This document shows positions 49,200 through 63,314 of a stretch of 64,000 nt of DNA, in pieces (within the stretch, counting starts at the first letter, position 1; each line of letters opens with the position of its first letter). Position numbers and translations under genes: made by a program. Source of the stretch: Chiloscyllium plagiosum (lineage: Eukaryota). Under the pieces are notes generated by a model, which had not been told where the DNA came from, searched no databases, and worked only from the letters and a program-made list of their open reading frames with translations. The stretch is taken from the NCBI RefSeq assembly GCF_004010195.1, contig NC_057711.1, positions 69,319,850 through 69,383,849 on the forward strand, given 5' to 3'.

Positions 49200-52020
49200 G
49201 CCATTAGCGGCTGAATTCTACTCAATCTCATGGCCTAGCATATCCCTTCTCTGTTACCGTCAATTCTTGGAATGAACCTTGGTGCTATGAAGAGTGTATG
49301 AGGGCATATCAGGAGCAGCAGTGGCCATACCTAAAACTGAGGTGTCAACTTGAAGCTACAACAGAGGACTACTTGCATGCTAAACAGTAAGTCATAGGGT
49401 TAAGCAATCCTCAGACAACTGACCAAATCTAAGCTCTGCAGTCTTGCTACATCTAGTCATGATAATTAAAGAATGTACCAGAAGTAGCGGCTCCATAAAA
49501 TATCTCTGTTCTCGATATGGGGAGCCCAGCACATCATTCTGAATCATTCACAACAACCTCGATCAGAAGTACAAGTGAATGATCCATCTTGGCTTCCCCA
49601 AGAGGTCCCCAGCATCATAAATGTCAATCTTCAACTATTTTTAATCACTCCATGTGATATCAAGAAATGATTGGATGCATTGGATATTGCAAAACCTATG
49701 GGCCCTGACAGTATTCCAGCAATAGTACTCCAGAGCTTTCCATTCCCCTTGCCAAGCTGTTGCTGTACAACTACAGTATTGGCATCTACATGACAATGTT
49801 GAAAATTATCCAGGTATAACCTGTACACAAAGAACAGGACAAATATAACCCAGCTAATTACCGCTGCAACAGTCTATTTTCAATTGTTTGTATAATAGTG
49901 GAAGTTGGCATAAGCAGTTTGATCAAGCAACTGCTTGATCAGTTTGGGTTCCACCAGGAGCACTCAGCTCCTAAACCGATTATGACGTAAATTCACATAT
50001 GAACAAAGGAGCTGAATTCACGGGGTAAGGTGAGAGTGACTGCCCTAATCAACAAGGCCTCAGTTGACATATTGTGGCATCAAGGAGGCCTAGGAAAACT
50101 GGAATCAATGGGAATTGGGAAATCTCTCCACTGGTTGGAATCATACCTTTCACAAAGGAAGGCAGTTGTGGTTGTTAGAGGTCAGACTTGATGGCTCCAT
50201 GACATCTCTGTAAGACTTCCTCAGGGGCATATACTCAGCCCAGCCATCTTCAACTCTTTGTCAGTGGTGGCCCTTCCATCTTAAGGTCGGATAATGAAGC
50301 AGTCCATGTCCAAATGCGGTAAGATCAAGACAGTATGCAGGCTTGGGCTGAAAAATGGCGAGGAATATTTGTGCCACACAAGTACGAGGCAGTGATCATC
50401 TCCAACAAGAAAGAATTGAATCATCGCTACTTGACCTTCAATGCTCCAGTAATAATGTGGTTATCATTGACAAGAAACTAAACCTGGACTAGTCATATAG
50501 ATAATGTGTCCAAAAAAAATTGGCTCGAGGCTTGGAATCTTGCACAGAGTAACTTACCTCCTGACTTTCTAAAACCTGTTCACCATCTATAATCTAGAAT
50601 ATTCTCTGTAATGGTACTCTGAGTTTACCTTTAGAATATGACTAATTTAAGCTTTCCACCACCTTCTCAAAGGTAACTAGGGACAGCCAGCAAAGCCCAT
50701 GTCCCATAAATGAATAGAAAAGAAAGCAAGGTGCAAATCAGAAGTTTAATGGACTACATCCCACTTGTCTGGAGTGCTGCTCCAACAACGTGAACTTGTC
50801 CTGCTCCTGATTCATAGGTTGAATCATTGAGGCAGTTCAAGTCAAAGAGGCTTTAAAGTTAAGACCATAAGACAACAAGACCATAAAAAATACAAACAGG
50901 AGAAGACCTTTCATTCCCTTAAACTGCACCACAATCAACAGGTACTTGCTGATCCCGGGGAGAATTTTAACCTGTCTATCTTGGGAAGAAGAATAGCATG
51001 TTTATAAATGGAGGGAGTTTGCAGAACTCTGCAGTACAGATGGATCTGGGCAACATTCCCGGAGATTTGTGTGTTGTTGAGGTTTGGATCTGCACTTCCC
51101 AGAATATGAATCACAACAAGTTATTGTCCAAGTACAGCGAGTCTAAGAAAGGCAAATGAAATTTTATTGTTTATTGCGAGGAAAATGGTATATAAAAGTA
51201 CAGTATTTTTGCTAAAGTTGTACAAGCCTTTGCTCAGATCAAAGGCCATCCAGGATAATGGAGCCCAGTTGATTGGCACCACATCCACAGACATTTCCTC
51301 CCTCCAACAACAACATTCAATAGCACCAGTTTACCATCTGCAAGATGCACTCCATAAATTCATTAAAGCTCCTGAGACTGCACCTTCAAAACCCATGACT
51401 ACTACTGTCTAACTGTACAAAGGCAGCAGGTAGATGGGAACAACACCACCTGCAAGTTCCCCACTTCTAACATAGAAATATACCGTCGGCGGCACGGTGG
51501 CACAGCGGTTAGCACTGCTGCCTCGCAGCACCAGAGACCCGGGTTCAATTCCCGCCTCAGGCGACTCTCGGTGTGGAGTTTTCACATTCTCCCCGTGTCT
51601 GCGTGGGTTATCTCCGGGTGCTCCGGTTTCCTCCCACAGTCCAAAAATGTGCAGGTTAGGTGAATTGGCCACACATTAAATTGTCCGTAGTATTAGTTGA
51701 AGGGGTAAATGTAGGAGAATGGGTCTGGGTGGGTTACGCTTCGGCGGGTCGGTGTGGACTTGTTGGGCCGAAGGGCCTGTTTCCACACTGTAGGGAATCT
51801 AATCTAATCTAATCTGTAGGGAATCTAATCTAATCTAATCACTGTTCCTTCAGTGTCACTGGATCAAAATCATGGAATTCTGTCCTTAATGGCATTGTGG
51901 GTGTACCTGCGGTAGATGGACTGCAGCTGTTCTAGAAGGCAGTTCACCCACACCTTCTCAAAGGCTATTAGTGATGGTTAATAAATGCTGGCCCAGCCAG
52001 CAATGCCCACATCCTATGAC
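49200..52020 (+). mobile_element. Second LINE family (CR1/L2-group RT), fragmented and interrupted at 50790-51241 and 51487-51840
   Basis: Degenerate RT coding sequence (GPDSIP, NPANYR, QFGFHQ, PQG); tail aataaatgctggcccagccagcaatgcccacatcc. Confidence 0.65.
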
Positions 52021-52563
52021 TTAATATTTTTGAAAAGTCTTGTGCAAATTGTTCTTGTGCAGTTATATTTCTTAAGTAATGAGACCAAAACTGTAGACAG
52101 TACTCCAGATCTGATCTGAGCAAAGGCTTGTACAACTTTAGCAAAAATACTGAACTTTTATATACCATTTTCCTCGCAATAAACAATAAAATTTCATTTG
52201 CCTTTCTTATACTCGCTGTACTTGGACAATAACTTGTTGTGATTCATGTTCTGGGAAGTGCAGATTCAAACCTCAACAACACACAAATCTCCAGGAATGT
52301 TGCCCAGATCCATCTGTACTGCAGAGTTCTGCAAACTCCCTCCATTTATAAACATTCTATTCTTCTTCCCAAGATAGACAGGTTAAAATTCTCCCTGGGA
52401 TCAGCAAGTACCTGTTGATTGTAGTGTAGCTTAAGGGAATGAAAGGTCTTCTCCTGTTTGTATTTTTTATGGTCTTGTTGTCTTATGGTCTTAACTTTAA
52501 AGCCTCTTTGACTTGAACTACTTCAATGATTCAACCTATGAATCAGGAGCAGGACAAGTTCAC
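50790..52563. repeat. 452-bp inverted repeat (50790-51241 / 52112-52563)
   Basis: Arms are reverse complements with about 12 substitutions by eye and no indels. Confidence 0.95.
51487..51840 (+). mobile_element. HE1-type tRNA-derived SINE, young CpG-rich copy
   Basis: A box tggcacagcgg, B box gggttcaattcc, conserved core, (AATCT)n tail with a duplicated terminal block. Confidence 0.92.
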
Positions 52564-52714
52564 TGTGTAGCTGAAGCATAAACTCTCTACTTTTGTATTC
52601 ATTCCCTTTGCAATAAATGATAACATTCTACTAACTTTCCTAATTATTTGCTGTACCTGCAGACTAACCTTTTGATCTTCATGCACAAGCTCTGTATCTT
52701 GGAGTTCTACAAAC

Positions 52715-53990
52715 AACAAATGAATCCAACCCGGCCAATTACTGCCCCATCAGTTGACTCTCAATCATCAGTTAAGTGATGTCATCAACAGTGCCATCAA
52801 GCAGAACCTGCTCAGCAATAAGCTGCTCACTACCATCCAGTTTGGGTTCTGCCAGGGCTACTCAGCTCATGACCTCATGACAGCCTTAGTTGAACATGGA
52901 CGGAAGAACTGAACTCCAGAGGTGATGCCAAGGCCACATTTGACAGAGTGTGGCATTAAGGTGCCCTAGCAAACCTGGAGTCAATGGGAATCGGGGGGGG
53001 GAGGGTTACTTTCCACCAGTTCAAGTCATATTTGGCACATAGGAAGATGGCCTTTGTTATTAGAGCTCAGTCATCTCAGCTCCAGGACATCTCTGTGGCA
53101 GCTCCCCAGGATAGTGTCCAGAGCCTAATAACCTTAAACGTGTGCATCAATGAGCTTCTCTCTATCATAAGGTCAGAGGTGGGGATGTTTAGCACCATTT
53201 ACAACTTCTCAGGTGCTGAAGCAGCCTATGTACAAATGCAGCAAAACCTGGACAATATCCAGGCTTAGGCTGAGAATTGACAAATAATATTCGTGCCACA
53301 CCAATGCCAGACAACCACCCTTGACATTCAGCAGCATTACATCATTGAACTCCCCCCATCCACATCCTGAGTATTACCATTGATCAGAAACTGAACTGAA
53401 CTACCCAAATAAATACTGTGGCTTCAAGAGCAGTTCAGAGGCTAGGACTATTGTACTGAGTAACTTTGCACTCGAGTCAAGAGTATGATGGAATACCCCT
53501 CACCTGTCTGTATGAGTGCAGGTTCAATGACATTCAAGAAGCTTGACATCATCCAGGACAAAGCAGCCCACTTGATTGACAGCATGTCCACAAACATACA
53601 CTCCTCCACCACCACCAACAATCAGTAGCAGTGCAGTGTACCGTCTACGTGATGAACTGCAAACGTACATCAAGGCTCCTAAGCCATCATCATCTAAACA
53701 TATGACTACTTTCACGAAAAGAACAAAGGCAGCAGGTGCATGGAAACACTACCATCTACAAGTTCTTCTCCAAGCCACTCACCATCCTGACTTGAAAATA
53801 TATTGTCGTTCCTTTGGTGTAACTGGGCCAAAGTCCTGGAACTCCCTTCAAATTACATGGGTCTATCTGTGCTCATGGGCAGCAGCTGTTTAAGAAGGCA
53901 ACTCATCACCACTTTCTCAAGGGCACCTCGGGATGGGCAACAAATAGTGGCCCAGCCAGCAATACCCCATACCACAACTGAATAAAAAAA
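52715..53990 (+). mobile_element. Second LINE family 3' fragment; another tail at ~57755-58075
   Basis: NPTRPITAP/NYCPIS region, QFGFCQG, KATFDRVWH and the same 3' tail ending aataaaaaaa. Confidence 0.7.
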
Positions 53991-55432
53991 TTATACTCCA
54001 TCAGCTGTGTGTGCTTCACTCATTTAAAGTGTTTGCACAATGGTGTAGATAGGTTATATGCTCTTCAGAATTTGCTTTCCCACCCATCTTTGTATTATTA
54101 GCAAGTTTAGCAACCAAACATTTGGACCTTCAACGAGTCATTATTATAGATTATGAACAGTTGGGACTCCAGCATCAGTCAATTTGAACTTACCTAGTTT
54201 TTATAAGAAAAATAGCAGCTACTGAGCAGCTGTTTGTCTGCTTCCCTGTGATGTAATTTCTCTATCTCTTGTTTTCTGCCATAAAGATGTATTGTTGTTT
54301 GTATTTATCTTTTCCAAATTTTTTACCCCTTCTCCTTTCATGTTAGGTTGATAGAATTCTCTTCCTTTATAAACACAGATGCAAATGCTTGTTTATTAGC
54401 CTAACTAGGCATTGTAGCTTCACAAGAAGGTTTGTTTAATTCTCTCTAACTGCTACCTCTGCTCCTTTCACTATCTTATTATTTTTTATATTTTCATTAA
54501 AGCCATGGACTTTCTCCTGCACTCTCTTGGCTTAATAATTGTCTTATGAAAATATATTTTCATCTTTTCTGGTTAGATAAAATCAAAATCACTAGAAAAG
54601 TCAGCCACCTATAACCAGTTACTTCACTGTTGTAGCTGTGCAATTAGCCTTATTTGTTGTTGACCCCGAGGTTGTGGTGCATCCTATGTACAGAGGTAAA
54701 ATGTGGGGAAGAGAAATGCAAAGTGTTGTATTAATGAAGACCTTTAGTTTTCCAGTTGAGTTTTCAAGGAAGATAACTTTAACTCATTTGTAGAATATGT
54801 GAACTGTGATTCTTTCTCAGTGTTGTTGAAACATCTGCTAGTAGATGTTCTTGTATGTTTCTCAATAATTATCATTATCCACTTGCGACAAATAAGTAAC
54901 ATTTTGGAAGACATTAAGAGCATATATGAGGGAAAATTGGGGATCTGACATTGCGTGGCTATTTCTCTTGTTAAAATAAAATGTGATTAATGATTATTTT
55001 AATTATTGTACTTGATGTTTCTGCAATAACAAACAGTTGTTCAATGTGATTTTTTTTTCATCCATTGTTCTTTTCAGCAATACTTTTATGTGCTGGGAAA
55101 CAAATGTGTTCATTTAGAATAGAACAATCATTGAAAAATAGGCTATTCACTAGTTTCAGTTGCATGTAAAAATACTTGTGAAAAGTTAAAAATCAGAACA
55201 AAAATCAATTTACCTTAAATGGAATTTGATCTCAAATACACACTTTCATGTTAACATTGGAGTACTTGTCTGCAAGTTTTAAGATGGTTATCTCACTGCA
55301 AAAGCTTTACTGTGCAGAATGTGAATTAGAACCAATCTTGAAATTATTGGATTTCTCCTCAAAATCTGAAATTCATGTAATGCCATCTGTTCAGAAACAG
55401 TGTTGTTATTCTAAAATTGTATGATTTTTGGC

Positions 55433-55980
55433 CAACCGGCCTGTAATTTCTCAGATTATCCTTGTTGCTTTTCTTTAACAAGGAACATCATGAACTATTC
55501 TCCAGCCCTCTGGGACCTTTTCTGTGACAAATGAGGATATGCAGATTTTGTACAAGGCCCCAATAATTTCCTCACCTTCCTCACTGAGTATTCTAGAACA
55601 GATCCCACCAGGTCCAGCTGACTTGTCTACTTTAATGCTTTTCAAAAGATCCAACATCTTTTTTATATTGACATGCCCTAGAATATCAACATACTACTCT
55701 CTGGACTCACAATCCACCATTTGCTTCTTCTTTGTGAGTACCGATGCAAGTTATTCATTAAGACCTCACCCACTTCCATTGGCTCCGTGCATAAATTTCC
55801 TTCTTTGTCTTTGAGTAGATCTATCCTTTCTATAGCTACCACTTGCCCCTTATATACATACAAAGTGCCTTGGGATTTTCCTTAATCTGTTTGCTGAGGA
55901 CATTTCATGGCCCCTTTTAGCCCTTCTAACTCCATGTTTAAGTTCTCTCCTGCTTTGTTTATATTCTTTGAGGACTGTGT
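55433..55980 (-). mobile_element. CR1 internal fragment
   Basis: IKVDKSAGPGGICSRIL and LKDKEGNLCTEPMEVGEVL. Confidence 0.8.
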
Positions 55981-58253
55981 CACTTTCCTAATATCTTTTT
56001 CTTATATGCTAATGCCCATTATTAAGAGTTAATTATTTCAACAACTAAGGCAGTATTTTATGAGTGGTGGGGCTGTCAAAAATGTCACCCTTAACTCTCA
56101 GCCAATTTACATTGAGGTCCCGATTTGAAGAGCTGCTGGTTTATCTTGTCACACTTGTGCCACCTGATTCAGTGGGTACAGCTGGGATTGCATTCAGTTA
56201 GGAGCTGGATGACAGGTAAATTAATTGGGGATTCTTGGTGCGATGGAAGGACTCTGTAAAGTGGGGACTGAGATGAGGATGTGCTGCACAGGCTTGATGG
56301 ACAGAGCTTTGGGAGACAGCTCCCTTTGATTTTAGCCAAAGGCCCAAACAGGTTTACCTGTCAGGCTTCCTGCTCATTGCCAGCCACTTCCTCACAGTGG
56401 AAAATTGTGGCTGGAAAGAAGTGACCCTTACATAACTGTTAGTTGACCACTTAAGAGCCTTGATTGGTAGAAAGTAGCAAGGCGGCCAGAGATGTTGATT
56501 TCTACTCAGCAAGTAGTAATCAGACCAGGAACAAGTAGGTGAATAGGAAGCGTGAAAGGCATCTACTGTATTTGATGGTGGTCCCCCCCTCCGCAAATTT
56601 CAAATAACCCATAGGAGACTGCAAAATTCTTCTTCCCATGTAATATAGAAGTGGTTGAGTGTTCTTCATTTAGAAGCAAGAAAGACCTTTCGTGATTTAG
56701 TTATTGTTCATAAATTCAGATTAATAACAATGCAGGAAGGAAGCAAGGAGATGTATTCATTTTATCTGGTTAGGTTTGTTCTGACTGATTAACCACTGAC
56801 TCTACCTAATTGATTGCGTCACACTTATCAAATTGGAAGTAGGTTTTGCACTGAACATAATTCCTCATACATTTACCACATGAGGAAAGTTTTGAAGATT
56901 TCCTTTGAACTATGTGTGTATGATAAGGGAAAGAATAATGGAATAGGAATAGCAAAATCAAAATGTTGCCAACTTTTGAAGGTCTGGATCTGCCTTTGCA
57001 AGGAATTGTTTTCATAAACCCTGGACAGGATTTGTCTGCCTCAAGGTCTTTAATGGTTCCTGTCAGTTGAAAACAGCTGCGAAACATCTGGCATCTATTT
57101 TTCCGTATCACTTGGAAAGAATTTCACATGTAAATAAAACCAATATAAAAGCACAGCCCTGTGAACACTAACTCTTGCGCACTGGATCTAGAAAAGCACA
57201 ATGGATTCCCTGTATAAAGTTACTAGGCTGTTGGTAAGCTATAACATTTTTGTATGTTTGGTAAGCTGCAAGTTATTTTTCCATCCCTAAAAAAGTATGC
57301 ATTGTTTATGAGTCTATAAACAAGTATGTATTTAGACAGTATATTGTTCATAATCTGATAAATGCCTTCCTCAATAGACAAGTAACTATTGATATATTGA
57401 CTACAGTATTTAAATTTGGCTTTAAGTTGAAAACTGCCAATAAAAGTTTGAGGCTAAGTGCAGAAAGACAATCCATTAATTCTTGTGTCTCTGATACTAT
57501 ATTTTACTCATTAAGCAGATAAATGTGTAAGGTCCAATAGTACTTAAAATAATGATTATTGCTCCCTCGTTTATATGGGAAAATCTTTTGAAATATTTTA
57601 CTTGTGAAACACGAAACACAGCAAGGCATGCCACATTTTCCTCTAATCAGGCAATTTGGAGGGCAGTGGTGGGCGATTCACCAAAATCAAATCCCTTGAA
57701 ACCCAAGGTAAGCTGGCAGACAATTACAGGCCAGCAGTTCTTGCAGTTGGCATCCCCAAAGATCCTTAGACAGCACCTTCTAACCCATGACCACTTCCAC
57801 CTAGAAGGACAAGGGCAGCAGATACATGGGAACACTACCACCTGTAAGTTCCCCTCCAAGATGCTCACCATTCTGACTTGGAAATGTATCACTGATCCTT
57901 CACTGTGACTGGGTCAAAATCTGGAATTGCCTCTCTAAGGACATTGTAAGTCTACCCACAGCACATGAACTGCAATTTAAGAAGGCAGTTCACCATCAAC
58001 TTCTCAAGGCAACTAAGGGCAGGCAATAATTGCTGGCCAGCCAGTGATGTCTGCATCCCATGAGTGGATAAAATAACATTAAATTCAAATCTTGGTACAT
58101 CTTGGCAGAATCACAATACACTGAATTATCTTATTTTTAGTGCTGTTATTGAAAGTGGTTCTTCTATACAGAATGTTTAAGGAGCTTATATTTTTATTCT
58201 AAGAACAGTATCTGAACTTGTTATTTTACTAATTATTTTAATTTAATATTAAG

Positions 58254-59128
58254 TTTCTAGTTCAAATTGGCCTTCGGGAGGTACATCGTCAGTTAGCAGT
58301 GGAATAAAAACCAAAGGCACGGCAGATGTGTACAGTAAATTCAGACCTGTGAAAAGAGTTTCACCTCTGAAGCACCAACCAGAAAGCCCTGAAAATGATA
58401 GAGATACTGAACAGCATAAACTCAAGAGTAACTATCAAAAGCAAGATGATACTGAAAATCCAAGTGAGCCTGATACCTTCTGTTACAACAATGGACAGTT
58501 ATTTAAAATCAAAGACACTGGCACCAGCATTTTGCTTGGTGAACTTGAACATTATGATTTGGATATGGATGAAATTTTGGATGTGCCTTACATTAAATTA
58601 AACCACTTTCCTTCCCAAAGATGTAGTCCTTACACAAAGGTTGCCTCAGAGAAAATGCCAGGCATGGAAATGAGAGATGATGGCAGCAGGATCTGCTCAG
58701 CAGTGAAGCATGAGAACTCACCAACCAACGTAACACAGTTTTGTATTCTGTCACCAGTAAATAGTTTGGAGTTGAGGAGAGCAAAACCAGTTGTCACAAA
58801 ACCTCACAAGCAAGCAACTGGCAGCTTAGAGGGCTCTGAATCACCAAATGGCTGTAATGTAATATATAATGCTGAAGCTGAGGAAAAAGATTTGGCTAGC
58901 AGAACTTCAAGTTTGTTTGTTAATTCACATGGACACAAGATGAGTGGTACACTGCAAAACGCTCGACCAAAGACATTGTCTCTGCAAACCCCAGCTGAGA
59001 GCAAACTAGAAGAAGGAAATACTAATAAAAATGGGATTAGCATGGGAAGATCTGGAGAGACAAGTGAGGAAGCAAAAAATGTCAAAAGTATTTTAAACAT
59101 AGTCAGAGAAGGACAGATTTCATTGCTG
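58254..59128 (+). CDS. SNCAIP: Synphilin-1, large third coding exon, 875 nt
   Basis: Contains ADVYSKFRPVKRVSPLKHQPE, LGELEHYDLDMDEILDVPYIK, FCILSPV and VKSILNIVREGQISLL, all characteristic of synphilin-1. Acceptor AAG at 58251-58253 gives in-frame VSSSNW; donor GTAAGT at 59129. The ankyrin exons lie beyond the window. Confidence 0.95.
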
Positions 59129-61107
59129 GTAAGTAAACTATTGCAATTGTTTGTAAATGTTTTAAAAATGCATAGTAACAAAAAAGAAAACTGGTTGGAT
59201 ACTAAAGTCAAGTTTTTATTTTTCGTTCTGATTTTTTTTAACTCTGTGCCAATTATAGAATTGCCTGTGTGCTGAGAGTCCCAGGAATTTTCAACATTGC
59301 TCTAGAACAAAATTGAAGATGGCTTTTTAGCAATAATTTTTAATTTTTTGAAAGCTAAACCTACTTCAGAATTTTATGCATAAATGTTGCATCATTATCT
59401 GATTTATTACTCCAACTGAGAAAGCAGCACATTTTTTCGTGGTCAATAAAGCTTTCTAATTGCTATAAAAGTACAGTAAATTGAAGTTTGTGTTGTATTG
59501 CTGATGTTTTAAGTGAACATTGATTGCTTGCCCCAAAAAGGTCAATTTTTTAAGAGCACGATTATTTTCAGGAGGTACCACAAGTTACTAAAAAGTGTAA
59601 CAGCTTCAATTGTGTTATTGAGGATCACTTCCCTACAGTTATTTCCAAATTAGCTGTGAATCTGACTGAATTCATGATGAAAACACTGGGGCCTCTCTCA
59701 TACTTTGGTATTCGTGAGAATTTGTGACGTTACAAGTTTGTACAACAGTGCCATAGTTACTTAACCTTTATCCAAGGTTCTGGCCAGTTCCAGCTTTGCA
59801 ATTAAGCAGTTTGCTAATCTGTTTCCAAATAAGCTGCTTTTGAATGACAACACAATATAAAGCTGAAGTTGGGTAATAACTTGGATTAAGTGTTCTGCCT
59901 TATTTTGAATAATTTTTACAATAAATTCTGAGGCTCCCTGTTAATTGCAGGGTTCTGTCATCATCATTTCAAAATATGTTCTTAAAAGTATTATTTACCT
60001 CTTTGGGGTCTGTATGTTTAAAGTTTCAGGAACAATTAAAATGCAATTTCTTGGACTTTGTATGAATACTTCTGGTGTGCCAGTGAATGAGTTCAAGAAA
60101 TATGGAGTGATAAGTTGGCCATAAGTAAATTGTACCTAATGAAGGTAAAGAAGAAAGTCCTCCTCCCAAGTCTACAAATAAAATATATTGCTCAACATAG
60201 TCTGGGATTGCCTCCTTGAGCACAACTTGTAAATCAGATCTGTAAATGCACCCAATATCAGTCAATATTAAGTTTTGTTCAAATTTCCTCGAAACTTCAC
60301 TACAAGCAGTACAAATAATCAGAATCAAATGAAAACACTGAACTTGCATCATAGCATATACATTAGAGGTTAGTTTTCAACTCCTTTCCCCATCATTCAT
60401 ACACTTGGGGGGCTTTTAATCAGATAAACTTCAGTTTTAATATAGTGTGTGAATGGAAAATAAAGAAGGTCTTAAAGGAAGTATACATAACGTTATACAA
60501 CAATGGTGGGGCCATCATTATAAAAGGTGGCATATTCAAAGTTGGACACCAATTAACAATTGAGATTTGGACATATTATGCCTGTACGAGTAACTCACAT
60601 AGAACTCAAATTTCCACAATTTCCTGGGCATTTTGATTGGTGTTTCAATTGTGTATCTATCTTGATGCAAATATACAGGAACTGTATCACAAACCGCGGG
60701 CTGTCTTTGTAGCATAAATCCAGTGTGCTAGTACTTCAAAGTTCGCTTTTGTTCTGACAGAAAAAAGGTAAAAGTATCTAGTGTGCTAATACTTATGTTT
60801 TATTCAATTTCAGAACATTGCGAATATCGTGTTCATGTTAGATTTTCTTTCTAAAATATAAGGGTAAAAAGCCGTTCAGTTGCTTTGGGGAAATAATACA
60901 ACAACAACCTGATGAATCCTCCATAAAATTTCACTATATTATCACAATCCAGCTTAGTTCAATAATAGTTTGTAAACTGAGCTCTACTTTTATTTTTTAT
61001 TATTTGTTCATGCAATGTAGGAGTCACTGTGTGGGTCAGCATTTATTGCCTATCCAAATAGCCCTTGAAGTAAGTGGCTTGCTTTCAGAAGATATTTAAA
61101 AGTCAAC

Positions 61108-61847
61108 CACATTGCTGTGGGTTTGGAGTGACCAGTGGAGTGCCACAAGGATCGGTGCTGGGTCCTCTACTTTTTGTCATTTATATAAATGATTTGGAAG
61201 CGAGCATAAGAGGTACAGTTAGTAAGTTTGCAGATGACACCAAAATTGGAGGTGTAGTGGACAGCGAAGAAGGTTACCTCAGATTACAACAGGATCTTAA
61301 CCAGATGGGCCAATGGGCTGAGAAGTGGCAGATGGAGGCCACTGTTGGAATATTGCATGCAATTCTGGCCTCCTTCTTATCGGAAAGATGTTGTGAAAAG
61401 ATTACAAGGATGTTGCCAGGGTTGGAGGATTTGAGCTGTAGGGAGAGGCTGAACAGGCTGGGGCTGTTTTCCCTGGAGCGTCGGAGGCTGAGGGGTAACC
61501 TTATAGAGGTTTACAAAATTATGAGGGGCATGGATAGGGTAAATAGGCAAAGTCTTTTCCCTGGGGTCGGGGAGTCCTGAACTAGAGGGCATAGGTTTAG
61601 GGTGAGAGGGGAAAGATATAAATGAGACCTACGAGGCAACATTTTCATGCAGAGGGTGGTACGTGTATGGAATGAGTTGCCAGAGGAAGTGATGGAGGCT
61701 GGTACAATTGCAACATTTAAGAGGCATTTGGATGGGTATATGAATAGGAAGGGGCAGATGGGACTAGATTGGGTTGGGATATCTGGTCGGCATTGATTGG
61801 TTGGACCGAAGGGTCTGTTTCCATGCTGTACAACTCTATGACTCTAT
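61108..61847 (+). mobile_element. CR1 LINE 3' fragment with internal deletions
   Basis: [21 protein letters not shown]...KFADDTKIG; ctctatgactctatg tail. Confidence 0.92.
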
Positions 61848-63314
61848 GTAGACCAGACCAGGTGAGGACGACAGGTTTCCTTCCTAAGGACATCAGTGAA
61901 CCAGATCTGTTTTATGACGATCTACAATGTTTATATGGTGGCTATGCTTTATTCTGCTGCTTTTTTAAAATCTGGGTTTTTACTGAATTCCTATTCACAG
62001 ACACAAGCCCAAGTGCCCAGAACATTAGTCAGGCTCACCAGATTTCTTACCCAGTGACCTTAACAAAATGCCAGTTGCTCCAGGACATTTCCTGCATATT
62101 TTTCTAAATGTGTACTGCACTAGCATTTACTTCCTTGTTGTCAAAAAGTGCTACTACTATGATTCACAAAATTTTTGTTCCGTCACCTGACAAGAGAAAA
62201 CGAATGGCATGCTGATCAAATCTACGATCAGATAAATTAAGTTTTCTCACATGCCAGCACCAGTAACTCACCTTTGAATTGTATTTATCCCTTTGTGTCA
62301 AAGAATGGGATTTTCAATTCACTCCTAAAATAAAATTAACTAGCGATTGAAAGAATTACTGGAGTTTACATGGAAACTCCATTTAAAACAAAGACTTCTG
62401 GCAGAGTCAGGAAGCACCTTTCATATTTTTTCATGATTTATCTTGGTTCCAAAGTGACATCTCAACATTTGCAGCATACAAAATCAGTACAGAAATACAC
62501 CTTCAAGCTTGCTCCACTATTCAGTAAGATCCTTTTCCTCTTGTTTGTCCTTCTTAAATATCAAATATCCTTGAATATTCAGTTCTCAAATCTAGTCATC
62601 ATGCAGCCAAGTTTCTGGCAATTAGATCATACTCATACACCCCTATTTGTGCCTTTAGATCACCTATCTTGTTGTGAATACCATGCATTCAGGTAGAGTG
62701 CCCTTTGTCATTTTGACATCATTCCAGTTTTGAAACATATTCAATGCTCAGCTTTGTTTCTCCTGTCTCCACAATGTCTAATTTTATCAAACCTCAGGGA
62801 ATTATCTTCGAAAGGTATTTTTCTTACTTGTCTGAAACCATTCAATACTTCCTAGATATGCCTATTTAGGTCACTTAATTTGACAAAGAACTGCAATGCT
62901 ATGTTTAAAAACAATTCAATAAACAGGCCCCTTTTGATTAATGTAACAAAGTTTAATTGAAACAAATTCTCTGCATGTACTCAAGAGTTAAATTATGCTG
63001 CAAATTGAACAGATATGGCATGCCAGCTGAACTCTTTATGCTATGTCAACCCAGAGTTGCAGTTTAAGTATTGTGATCTTTTGCCAACCAGTTTCATTTT
63101 TTGATATTTCACTTCCAGTTTCGTGACATTTTATGAAGTATGAGCTCTGTCTAAAGCATACATATAGAATGATTATAGAAAGATGTTGATAAGGCACTGA
63201 CTAACGTCAGACAAAAATATAACAAAGAAAAATGTTATCTACAATTTGAAAGCCTTACAAGGCTGTACAGATCGTAGCACAATAGATTCAAGACAACAGA
63301 GCAAATAGCTTAAA

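Noticed and set aside
51487..51560. tRNA-like sequence
   Set aside because: It is the head of an HE1-type SINE and continues into the SINE core and tail; not a tRNA gene.
59129..59275. C-terminal extension of the 315-aa ORF
   Set aside because: Intron read-through beyond the GTAAGT donor; synphilin similarity ends at GQISLL.
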